Part shown: in pieces, positions 26,006-39,380 of the stretch
Position numbering within the stretch: position 1 is the first letter of the stretch
How the letters are laid out: each line of letters begins with the position of its first letter
Source: Eledone cirrhosa
Taxonomy: Eukaryota
Direction: 5' to 3'
DNA length: 64,000 nt
Assembly (NCBI GenBank): GCA_964016885.1
Contig: OZ024742.1
Location: 89,466,001-89,530,000, forward strand
The notes under the pieces: generated by a model
The model's input: only the letters and a program-made list of their open reading frames with translations
The model's database searches: none
What the model was told of the DNA's origin: nothing
Program-made: the position numbers and the translations under genes

Positions 26006-26045
26006 AATATGGTTTTATAAATATAGTTTTCCATTTATTTAATAT

Positions 26046-26077
<32 letters not shown>

Positions 26078-26959
26078 CTAGCAAATGACCCCCGTCCATT
26101 GGATGGTTTCAGTTCTTGGCAGGGCTGCAATGTTAATGGTCAATTTCCGTGTTGTATGTTTAACTTGGATGATAATTTTACCTGATCAACTCTTTCAATA
26201 AAAAAAAATGAGACGGTATTCAAAAAGAGCAAGTTTTATTTACAGATATGTGTCATTAAAATGTGAACATAGAGAAATGTATCGTTAGCCGTGTCGGTTG
26301 AACAATGTGTATTTTAAAACATCCATCATGTACACACACACACAAACACATACACACACAAACATACACACACATACACACAAACACGCACACATACACA
26401 CGCACACAATCCCAAGACGTGACGTTGTGGAAGGGGGAGAGTTAAGAAATGTAATAAATAAGTTAAAATTATAAACGCTGTATTTATCATATTCGCGTCA
26501 CACACACTCCTCTCTTTCTTTATTTTACTCTCTCTCTCTCACTCCTCTCTTTCTATCTCCCCCTCACACACCCTTCTCTCTCTGGCCGTTATGGAAATTA
26601 CACACACACACGCACATGCACGCACACATACACACACAAACACATACACACACATATACACACGCACATACACATACAATCCCATAACGTCGTGTTGTGG
26701 AAGGGGGAGAGTTAAGAAGTGTGTAAAAAGAACGCTCTCTCTCTTAAATGGCCGTCATGGAATTTGTTAGTGCAAAAGTCTATAAGATTATAAAATCGAA
26801 GTTTGTGACTTCGAAATTAATCATTATGAAATAAGTTTTTCTTGATGTTACAAACCGTAGCCTATTTTGGCTATGTGTTTAATTTGACAGAGATCGATGG
26901 AATATTTTCCAAGTGAAACACTTTTACACACACACACAGAACGGGAATTATATATAAGA
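26078..26959 (-). mobile_element. Non-autonomous Helitron unit 3 of tandem array
   Basis: 5' TC at 26959, 3' hairpin (ccatccaatggacgg) and CTAG|T at 26078. Confidence 0.92.
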
Positions 26960-27224
26960 CTAGCAAATGACTCCCGTCCATTGGACGGTGTCAGTTCTTG
27001 GTAGGGCTGCAATGTTAATGGTCAATTTCCGTGTTGTATGTTTAACTTGGAGGATAATTTTACCTGAACATCTCTTTCAATAAAAAAAAATGAGACTGTA
27101 TTCAAAAAGAGCAAGTTTTATTTACAGATATGTGTCATTAAAATGTGAACATAGAGAAATGTATCGTTAGCCGTGTCGGTTGAACAGTGTATAATTTTTT
27201 TTATTAATAACCGAAAGACAAACA

Positions 27225-28590
27225 GTAAATGAGACTGGATGTCAAAGCATTTTGGATTGCATATAAAGGTGATAAAAAGATCAGGACGGCCACAATGGTG
27301 GACATAGGTCAGAGCATCTTGCATTTTTTCATGCATGTAACGGGGGCCTCCAGTGTATGATGATGGGAGAATGACAGAAAGCCCAACATCCGAAGCATTA
27401 GCCTGATCATTTCGGTTTACTTCGTCACGTAGATTGCCGTATTCTTCTGGACGCAGTTCCTTTTGATGATGTCTTATCCATTGGAGGCGTTCAGTGTCAA
27501 TCTTAGCAAATATGTCTACACAGTATTGATTGAGGAGCATCCGTGTTCTATGCAGAATGTTGACGTCGTTTTTGCGAAACATAAGTCTAAATGCATAAAA
27601 TTCCATTTGTGAAATGGTTTTCCCTGGTGTAAGATGCACTAAACTTACAGGATTACCCTTTTGCAAATCAATGCGGTAGCCATCGTCGCCAAAGGGGAAC
27701 AGCAATGGATACTGGAGAGCATCATATGCGGGATGAAGTTCATTTATTTTTTGAAGATGCGAGTCCTGCCATTCAATAACAATATCACGGTTTGAAGCGC
27801 TCTCATTAGGACGTGTTATAATCACCGCAACTTCATCGGTTTTGGGTCTATTAAAGCAACCCTGATGCTGCCCTGGTGGAGCGCGGTAATTTCGAATGAC
27901 AACCTTGTATTGATTGTTGTTAGCATCTCTACGTTGTAAAGCAGTTTTGAAAATGGTGATGTACGGGTTTATGGAATGAAGCATATATTGAAGGGGCTGC
28001 AGAAGAGAAGGTGTCGTTCCTTTAGCAACTGAAGCCCTTCGTGCAATTTCTTCAGGTCCGTTGCCCATAAAGTAGATCTGGAGAAAACTGTTCTTTGCCA
28101 TCTTGTGGAATAAGTGATCCTATTTGATGGTAAATTTGGCTTTGCACTTTAAATGTGGGCATATAATTCCCATCTTTTTATTGTTGTATGACCAAAGCTT
28201 GTCATTTGGAAAGCCGAATTGTAGGCTCTTATATTTCTGAAAATGTGTTTAGAATCAGGGTGGTCTCCAAGCAGCAGAGAATTCAAAGGTTCGGCACCGA
28301 CTTGTAAATAAGGCAATGTAACCGTTCCATTGGAGCAACATATACCGGTAGATTCAGCTGGCCACCTCATTGCATTACAATGGACGCAAACAGTTGACAT
28401 ACTACCAATGATGATATGTTGATGGGATGCGTAGTCCTCTTGGGGGTTGTATTGAAAACCTTTCTTAGACCAGTAACAGGAAGAATCCCTCGGAAAGACA
28501 TAAGTACGCATTTTCCGTTGAGAATCAGCCGCAAGCCTTTGGTCAACAGTCTCTAAAGCACGGCTATTGGAAGTAGAAGCAGCATTGGAT
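27225..28590 (-). pseudogene. Partial duplicate of the Rep N-terminal half
   Basis: Near-identical to about 31377-32750; begins a few bases after the helicase stop codon. Confidence 0.93.
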
Positions 28591-28593
28591 AAA

Positions 28594-31500
28594 CTATTGG
28601 AGGGCTGCCTTGTAAACCACATTTTTTGTAAATCTTCCGGGAGCGTAGTAAAAGATACTTGCTGAGTTTCCAACTCTTGAACATCCCACATACAGTTGTC
28701 TGTGTGAAAAACATGGGGTACTGAGGTCCAGCCCAACCACATTTAGTGATTGCCCCTGGGCTTTGTTAATGGTCATTGCAAAACTTAATCGAATGGGGAA
28801 TTGAACTCTTTTCATCGGAAAGAGTTCAATTCTTAAGAGTATGATGGGACATCCAAGTCTTAGGCAGAGTTTATGCGGTGGCATTCCCGATGGTTCTTGT
28901 GAGTTTAAAAACTCTGTTGGGTAAAACGTTACTTGCGTTGGATCCGTAATCGAATCAATCGAAGCACAACATCGCTCTTGGGAAGGAAGTTGATAAAGCA
29001 GACATGTGTTAATAGCTTGGACGGTGGCATTCGTAAGGGCTAAGATAGCCCTTTCACACATCCATTGATGACTGACGTAATTTGTTGAGAGGTCGGGGTA
29101 AACTTTTGTGCAAAGGTCCCCATGGCTGGAGACGTAGTTGCCGATGGTACTTATGTCAACGAAACCGTTTACGTCGATTAGTAAGTTCCCATTACCAACA
29201 TCCAATAACTTTGAAGCAAAATAATTGTTACCGTCTTGTTGGTGGAGAATCGATCGCATGTTGATGGTTAACATTCTCGACTGGACGAAGCGCCAAAAAT
29301 GAGAATGTTTAATGCAAGCGTCTATTTCATCACCTGGTTGACCTTTTGGGATGATGGGAAGAGTTTGACGAAAGTTCCCAGCAAGAAGCAGAACGACGCC
29401 ACCGAAAGGTTTAGAGTTGGAGCGCAGGTCTTGTAGCGTTGCATTGATTGCATGAAGTGCATTCTTGTGAGACATTGTCGCCTCATCCCAGACAATCATT
29501 TTGCATTTTCGAAAGACAGCAGCCTCATCAGAATTCTTCTTTACATTAGTGGTCGGATTTTCAACATGACCAATGTTAAGGGGAAGCTTAAATGTTGAAT
29601 GGACTGTTCTGCCGCCGTCTAGCAGTGTTGCTGCTATTCCTGAAGATGCCATTGCAATGGCAATCTGTCCATGTTGGCGAACTTTGGCAAGAAGGAGGTT
29701 TAGTAGAAATGTCTTTCCTGTGCCACCTGGCGCATCAAGGAAGAGGATGCCACCGTTTATGTCTTCGAGCATGGTCAAAACAAAAGTATAGACATCAGCT
29801 TGTTCAGAATTCAAAAGTTTTTCTCTTTTTTGAATCTAGGACAGAAGCCTGGCAGCATTGTAGCATGTCTCCCTTAGTACGTGGCGGTTACAAAGCCTCA
29901 TTTTCTCTTTTAGGGGATTCCATATAGTAGTTCTTCAAGGGATGGCCGGTCATTTCCAAAAGTATATCTTCTAGAAATATGAGACCGCAATTGTACATTT
30001 CATGTGTAAACTGTAAATTCATGTCTGTGGACGCAAAGCGAGATTGCATTAGGATGTCCAAGCACATGCTGTCACGATATTTATCCCAGAAAGACTGTGG
30101 ATTCCCAAGACTGCAGTATACCAGCATAACGGCGAAAAGCTTACGAAGAGCAATTGGTGACTGCAACATTGATGCTTCATGGAGGGCGTGGTCATAGTGG
30201 TCATCGTTGTCGAGAAGACCTAATTTGGAGCAGGCCTCTTTAAATGTTGACCAAATATGGCCATTGACGGTACGGAGGTCTTCAAAGGAAGTCGGACCTT
30301 TGATAACGTACAATAGAAGACGAAGGTGAAAACATTCTGAATTGAGCGGGTGAACTGTGTACACTCTTGAGAGGGCATCAGACTCACGCATCGAAGCATC
30401 CCTTTGTGAAATGCGTCCTCGCTTTCTTCTTTGCCAACAGCGGGAATATTTATTCCACGTGTAGAATGTAGGCAACTCCGCATAAAGAAGTGTTCTGGCA
30501 AAAGAGTCTGAAGTACAAATTTCAAAGAACCCGGTAAGGGTCGTTCTTCGAGGTTGTCTTGCACAGTCAAGCATATTTTCTTGGTTAAAATACACCCGTT
30601 CACCATTCTCCAAATAAACGTTGAGATGAATAACTGCAGGTTCACGTTCATGGATCGGAAAACCGAATATGCGCCAAAATCCCTCGTTAGAAGAGATGTA
30701 GCGTCCAGTTTGAAAACACGTGACTTCATCTGAGGCAGCATCAGGGTTATCGCTTTTAGCCAACTCAATAACTGCTCGATCAGCTCCCTTATGGACATAC
30801 TTGCAGATGTATTGGATTGCTTTGACGGAGTTGCAGAATTCAACGTTAATATGGGCTGAAAACATTTTACATAGCACCCTGTTATGTGGTACAACCCATC
30901 GGTTGTCAATAGTGAAATCTTGACCACCAAGCATTGTTATATTTGCAATATGTCCACCCTCCTGCGGTGCTCGGCGACGGTATGAAGGGTAGCCATCATC
31001 ACCAGTTTTGGTTTCATTGATGAGTTTACGTGGGTAACGCTTTGTACATCTCCTATTGTCCATACATGCAGATTTTGGATTTAGGTGGCAATGTATCATG
31101 TTGGCTTTTATGATTTGAAATAGCGAAGGGTCTTCTTGGGGATTTGGCAATTCAGCACTGATAATGGAATCAACATCAGTTGACTTAAGTTTCTTTTGAA
31201 GCCAAAGGAGAATATGGGCATGTGGGAGTCCTCTCTTCTGCCATTCTACTGTGTACATGAAGCACCTTACTGGTTCAAAAAGTTGTCCGTATTTTAAAAC
31301 ATCCATCATTTTTATAAGCTTCATGTGAAACACTCTGGATGTGATATCATGCCTGTGTGAAGGATTTTGGCCATGAAGTAAATGAGACTGGATGTCAAAC
31401 CATTTTGGATTGAATGTAAAGGTGATAAAAAGATCAGGACAGCCACAATGGCGGACATAGGTCAGAGCATCCTGCATTTTTTCATGCATGTAACGGGGGC

Positions 31501-33040
31501 CTCCAGTGTATGATGATGGGAGAATGACAGAAAGCCCAACATCCGAAGCATTAGCCTGATCATTTCGGTTTACTTCGTCACGTAGATTGCCGTATTCTTC
31601 TGAACGCAGTTCCTTTTGATGATGTCTTATCCATTGGAGGCGTTCAGTGTCAATCTTAGCAAATATGTCTACACAGTATTGATTGAGGAGCATCCGTGTT
31701 CTATGCAGAATGTTGACGTCGTTTTTGCGAAACATAAGTCTAAATGCATAAAATTCCATTTGTGAAATGGTTTTCCCTGGTGTAAGATGCATTAAACTTA
31801 CAGTATTACACTTTTGCAAATCAATGCGGTAGCCATCGTCGCCAAAGGGGAACATCAATGGATACTGGAGAGCATCATATGCGGGATGAAGTTCATTTAT
31901 TTTTTGAAGATGCGAGTCCTGCCATTCAATAACAATATCACGGTTTGAAGCGCTCTCATTAGGACGTGTTATAATCACCGCAACTTCATCGGTTTTGGGT
32001 CTATAAAAGCAACCCTGATGTTGCCCTGGTGGAGCGCGGTCATTTCGAATGACAACCTTGTATTGATTGTTGTTAGCATCTCTACGTTGTAAAGCAGTTT
32101 TGAAAATGGTGATGTACGGGTTTATGGAATGAAGCATATATTGAAGGGGCTGCAGAAGAGAAGGTGTCGTTCCTTTAGCAACTGAAGCCCTTCGTGCAAT
32201 TTCTTCAGGTCCGTTGCCCATAAAGTAGATCTGGAGAAAACTGTGTTCTTTGCCATCTTGTGGAATAAGTGATCCTATTTGATGGTAAATTTGGCCTTGC
32301 ACTTTAAATGTGGGCATATAATTCCCATCTTTTTATTGTTGTATGACCAAAGCTTGTCATTTGGAAAGCCGAATTGTAGGCTCTTATATTTCTGAAAAAG
32401 TGTTTAGAATCAGGGTGGTCTCCAAGCAGCAGAGAATTAAAGGTTCGGCACCGACTTGTAAATAAGGCAATGTAACCGTTCCATTGGAGCAACATATACC
32501 GGTAGATTCAGCTGGCCACCTCATTGCATTACAATGGACGCAAACAGTTGACATACTACCAATGATGATATGTGGATGGGATGAGTAGTCCTCTTGGGGG
32601 TTGTATTGAAAACCTTTCTTAGACCAGTAACAGGTAGAATCCCTCGGAAAGACATAAGTACGCATTTTCCGTTGAGAAACAGCCGCAAGCCTTGTTGCCC
32701 TTTGGTCAACAGTCTCTAAAGCACGGCTATTGGAATTAGAAGCAGCATTGCGAGCACGCCGGAGTTCTGCTTGTTCAGCTTTCTGTAATGCTCTGATGTT
32801 CAAAGTAGAGGCAGCATTGTGAGCACGCTGGAGTTCTGCTTGTTCAGTTGTTTGTAATGCTCTGGCGATCGAGGTAGAAGCAGCATTGCGAGCACGCCGT
32901 AGCACACATTGTTCTTCTGTTTCGCTTGCGCGCAAAGAACGCAAAGCAAAAGCATTTTTTGTTTTTTTTCCAATGTTACTCTTTCTTTTTCGAGGCTTTC
33001 TACCGAAAATATGTAATTGAATAAAGCTGATACAAATCAA
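28594..33040 (-). pseudogene. Helitron Rep-helicase (HUH replication initiator + PIF1-family SF1B helicase), frameshifted
   Basis: C..C..CC zinc motif; Rep motifs PDLFITFT.NPKW, VEWQKRGLPHAHILLW and YICKYVHKG; helicase motifs DAPGGTGKT, WDEATM, FGG..AGNFRQ, FAMTINKAQGQSL and QLYVGCSRV; split over several frames. Confidence 0.95.
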
Positions 33041-33866
33041 TTAAAAGAAATAAATAGTTGTGTACAAGGTGTAAATTTTTGTAATAATAAGCAAGACGAA
33101 AAAGTATATTTTATCATCTGCTTTATCTACACGGAAATTATATATTAGATTTTCATACTTACAAAATAATTTTGCTAATATCGTGTTTAGCAGTGTCGGT
33201 TGAGCAATGTGTAAATATTTGATTAAAAACGAAAAGACAAACAGTAAATATATTTCAACCTCTGAATAAGTATTAAAGAAATGACGATTTTCACTTTGAA
33301 AATATGATTTATGACATCAAAATTGCTTTAGAATTTAATTTTTTTAATAAAAAGTATCGTCTGTTATTTCTTACAATTAACACATTTATACACACACATG
33401 CACACACGCACACACATACGCACGTACACACACACACAATCACATACACACACAAACATACACACACATACACACAAACACACACACATACACACACACA
33501 CATACACACACAATCCCAAGACGTGACGTTGTGGAAGGGGGAGAGTTAAGAAGTGTAATAAGTTAAAATTATAAACACTGTATTTATCGCTAAAGTATCG
33601 TCTGTTATTTCTTACAATTAACACATTTATACACATACACACACACATGCACACACGCACACACATACGCACGTACACACACAAACAAACACATACACAC
33701 ACATACACAGACAAACACACACACATACACACACACACATACGCACACAATCCCAAGACGTGACGTTGTGGAAGGGGGAGAGTTAAGAAGTGTAATAAAT
33801 AAGTTAAAATTATAAACGCCGTATTTATCATATTCGCGTCACACTAACTCCTCTCTTTCTTTATTT

Positions 33867-33908
<42 letters not shown>

Positions 33909-34327
33909 TCTCTTTCTATCTCCCTCTCACACATCCTTCTCTCTCTGGCCGTTATGGAAATTACACACACACACACACACACATGCACGCACACATACAC
34001 ACACAAACACATACACACACATATACACACGCACATACACATACAATCCCATAACGTCGTGTTGTGGAAGGGGGAGAGTTAAGAAGTGTGTAAAAGGAAC
34101 GCTCTCTCTCTTAAATGGCCGTCATGGAATTTGTTAGTGCAAAAGTCTATAAGATTATAAAATCGAAGTTTGTGACTTCGAAATTAATCATTATGAAATA
34201 AGTTTTTCTTGATGTTACAAACCGTAGCCTATTTTGGCTATGTGTTTAATTTGACAGAGATCGATGGAATATTTTCCAAGTGAAACTCTTTTACACACAA
34301 TCACAGAACGGGAATTATATATATAGA

Positions 34328-35187
34328 CTAGCAAATGACCCCCGTCCATTGGACGGTGTCAGTTCTTGGTAGGGCTGCAATGTTAATGGTCAATGTCCGT
34401 GTTGTATGTTTAACTTGGAGGATAATTTTACCTGATCAACTCTTTCAATAAAAAAAAATGAGACGGTATTCAAAAAGAGCAAGTTTCAATTACAGATATG
34501 TGTCATTAAAATGTGAACATAGAGAAATGTATCGTTAGCCGTGTCGGTTGAACAATGTGTATTTTAAAACATCCATCATGTACACACACACACAAACACA
34601 TACACACACACACATACACACACATACACACAAACGCACACACATACACACACACACGCACACAATCCCAAGACGTGACGTTGTGGAAGGGGGAGAGTTA
34701 AGAAGTGTAATAAATAAGTTAAAATTATAAACGCTGTATTTATCATATTCGCGTCACACACACTCCTCTCTTTCTTTACTTTACTCTCTCTCACTCCTCT
34801 CTTTCTATCTCCCTCTCACACATCCTTCTCTCTCTGGCCGTTATGGAAATTACACACACACACACACATACACACACATATACACAGGCACATACACATA
34901 CAATCCCATAACGTCGTGTTGTGGAAGGGGGAGAGTTAAGAAGTGTGTAAAAGGAACGCTCTCTCTCACTTTATGGCCGTCATGGAATTTGTTAGTGCAA
35001 AAGTCTATAAGATTATAAAATCGAAGTTTGTGACTTCGAAATTAATCATTATGAAATAATTTTTTCTTGATGTTACAAACGGCAGCCTATTTTGGCTATG
35101 TGTTTAATTTGACAGAGATGGATGGAATATTTTCCAAGTGAAACTCTTTTACACACACACACAGAACGGGAATTATATATATAGAGA
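34328..35187 (-). mobile_element. Non-autonomous Helitron unit 1 of tandem array
   Basis: A|TC at 35187; hairpin and CTAG at 34328; homologous to 26078-26959. Confidence 0.92.
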
Positions 35188-35439
35188 TATATATACACAA
35201 GTACAGCATATTCGACGTTCGAGTAGCAGCTAAGCCAACGAATGCTTTCACCAGTGTAGCCAAGCACTCGACGAGGTATAGATCTCAGAGTAATGACATA
35301 CAGTTTAAAGGGCTTTGCAAATAGAAAATAGCGACCGCTAATTCAGCTGCATGATACGTAGCAAAGAATGAACTGACTAGTGAGAAAAAAATGCACACAC
35401 ACACACACATCCATACACACACATATATGTATACATACA

Positions 35440-36240
<801 letters not shown>

Positions 36241-36730
36241 TTGCATATATACACATACATACGTACATGCACATATCTGTATATATAACATACCTGCACC
36301 GTAAACTTCGAAACTATTGAATATCTAAGTGAGGTTTCTCTAAATCCGAAATCAACAAAATCCACTGGTGGTGTATACAAGTTAGGTTTCTGGAAGATCG
36401 AACAGAGGATTTACTTTCTCAACAGGCTTTCGTTCTAACCCAAATCCCGGTGTGATAGCACATGTTACTACAAAGGGAGGTAACCCCGGTTTATAGCGGT
36501 CAAAATCAAATTATGATCAATGGAAAAACTTCCATACACAAACTGAATTAAGCACTCAACCAGACCGTTATTAAACAAACTTAAATAATTAACCAATCAA
36601 TGGAATTGGCAAATTAAATTAATCAATTAATCATTAGGTCTAGGAGATAGTAATGCAAAAGTACATATCTGTATATATAACATACCTGGACCGATATTCG
36701 AAATTATTGAATATCTAAGTATATATATAT

Positions 36731-37790
36731 ATAAACGGAAAAAATGAAACGAAATTTCATTTCGACATCTTAGTACGGCTGTTACTTAAATATAAGTATG
36801 TACATGTACATATATATATGTATACAGACGTACAGTAGTATGTATATATATATACATACATGCACACATATATATATGTACGTATGGATTCACCGAACAT
36901 TTATTATAATGCTCGGTGTGTTTGTAAACAAACATCCCGTATTAAGCCGTAGTGTCTAGCAACTATCGTTTCTCGTTTGTTCAACACTGACAAAGGAACT
37001 CTGTACTAGTTTCAAGCTTATTAGCTATCGTCAACAACGTATACCTTTCTGCCAGATTGTTGAACGTATATACTTACCTTATGCATATTAACGGCTGAGT
37101 AGCCCAATTTGCATATCGAGTGGCTTAATCCGCCGGGTGCACCGAAAACGATAAACGGAAAAAATGAAACGAAATTTCATTTCCACCTCTTAGTACGGCT
37201 GTTACTTAAATATGAGTATGTACACGTACATACATATATGTATACAGACGTACAGTAGTATGTATATATATATACATGCACACATATATATATATGTACG
37301 TATGGATTCACCGAAAATTTATTATAATGCTCGGTGTGTTTGTAAACAAACATCCCGTATTAAGCCGTAGTGTCTAGCAACCATCGTTGCTCGTTTGTTC
37401 AACACTGACAAAGGAACGGTGTACTAGTTTAAAGCTTATTAGCTATCGTCAGCAACGTATACCTTCCTGCCAGATTGTTGAACGTATATACTTATCTTAT
37501 GCATATTAACGGCTGAGTAGCCAAATTTGCATATCGAGTGGCTTAATCGGTCGGGTGCACCGAAAACGATAAACGGTAAAAATGAAACGAAATTTCATTT
37601 CCCACTCTTAGTACGGCTGTTACTTAAATATAAGTATGTACACGTACATACATATATGTATACAGACGTACAGTAGTATGTATATACATACATGCACACA
37701 TATATATATGTACGTATGGATTCACCGAACATTTATTATAATGCTCGGTGTGTTTGTAAACAAACATCCCGTATTAAGCCGTAGTGTCTA
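36731..37790. repeat. Tandem repeat, ~420-bp unit, about 2.5 copies
   Basis: ataaacgg.aaaatgaaacgaaatttcattt recurs at 36731, 37151 and 37569 with conserved intervening sequence. Confidence 0.95.
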
Positions 37791-37799
37791 GATCCCAAA

Positions 37800-39380
37800 T
37801 TGATGTCAAATTGATGTCATACTCGCGGCCCATAAAACCATAGTTGCATGTGAAGATCAATTATGGACCCGCAAGGATTCACCTAACAACTTCGACATAA
37901 CTATGGGAACTAGTGACTCGGCGCAGATCACAGATTTGTTAGGCCTGAAATGAAAATCATAAGAATTTACCCTACCTCAATGGTGGTTTACATCGTGACG
38001 ATGCACTACTACTTAATGACTATAAAAAAATTAATATATTGCATAAAATGTTTAAAAACTTCAACTTAAGTGTTACCTTAGATGGAAACACTAAAAACGT
38101 TAACTTCCATGATGTTACCCTTTGCTTGGACTCTAAAATGTATACACCCTTTCATAAACCAAACGAAAAACTACTTTATGCAGATACCAACTCTAACCAC
38201 CCTAAATCTATATTAAACTCAATTACTAAAGGAGTATCTAATAAAATTGCCACACTATCTTATAATGAAACTATATTTAACAGAAATTCCCAATAATGTA
38301 ATGAAAGTTTAGCTCGCTCAGGCCATAGAAATAAAATTAAATTTTTACCTAAAAAATCACCTAGTTACAACATTATTTCTCACAATATGGCCATGAATAA
38401 AGGTAATAAATGTACTGACCACTCATGAAGAGTAATAACAAAGTTAACTTTCGCTAGAATAAACACCCCAATAATAATAATATAAACAGAAATATAAACA
38501 ATACTTCAAATAACATTACAAAAAGTAATTACAATAATAGAAGAACTAATACATTTTTCAATCCCCTTTCAATCTAAACGTTTCCACCAACTTGCCTAAG
38601 GCTTTCTTCTCAATCTTGGAAAGAAACGTCTCAGTCGGCCATAAATACCATAATCTTATCAATAAAAATACCATCAAAATATCTAACACTACCACACCTA
38701 ACATCGCGAACTATATAGCTAGTAGTAATAAAAGGAAGATTAATAATTATTTCCAACTAATTAAATCGCAACAGGGAGTGAACTTACATAACAACATAGT
38801 ACCAGAGAATTATAGTAGCAGTAATAATAATAGTAATAGCACTAATTAATTTAATAACAATGGGAATTATAATCATCATTACCCAAATGCTCTCCCTAAC
38901 ATCCATGCACCTACACACCCTATTAACCAGCTAGTAAACAACCAAAATAACTGTAATTGTAGAACAAATAGAAACTGCCCTTTGGGAAAAAATTGTTTAA
39001 TCAAAGAGATCATTTACTCATGCACAGTCGTTAAAAATAACACTTCGAAAACATATATTGGCTCTACTTCGATCTGCTTCAAGAGGAGATATATGCGCAT
39101 CTTCACACTTTAAAAAATCGCAACCTAGCCAACTCCACTTCTTTATCTAACTACATACACTCTCTGAAAACTAGGAATAGGCCATATACACTTCAATGGG
39201 AAGTAATAGATAAGGCCAGCTCGTATAAACCACCGAAATGATTATGTAACCTCTGTCTTCTAGAGACTCGCACAATATTCTATTCTAAGCTAAACCTTTT
39301 AAATAGAAAATCAGAAACGTTTTCCACGTGTCGACACTACCACCAACACTTTTTCCACAATTTCAAACCTAGCTGCTAAT
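37800..39380 (+). mobile_element. Naiad-like PLE, 5'-truncated RT C-half + GIY-YIG
   Basis: FDITMGTSDSAQITDLLG, GGLHRDDAL, FHKPN..SNHPKSI, CNCR..CPL..CL, YIGST and CNLCLLE motifs; many stops. Confidence 0.87.

Larger units (their letters stand above)
26960..34327 (-). mobile_element. Helitron unit 2 (RepHel-containing, defective)
   Basis: 5' TC at 34327, perfect hairpin CCGTCC-aat-GGACGG and CTAG at 26960; termini shared with the flanking short units. Confidence 0.93.

Noticed and set aside
28594-29814. Host PIF1 helicase gene
   Set aside because: Intronless, fused to an HUH Rep, enclosed by Helitron termini and internally deleted.
39239-39241. TGA next to the CxxC motif of a Naiad-like endonuclease
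   Set aside because: It is not at a conserved Cys position (K*LCNLC), and the copy is heavily decayed.
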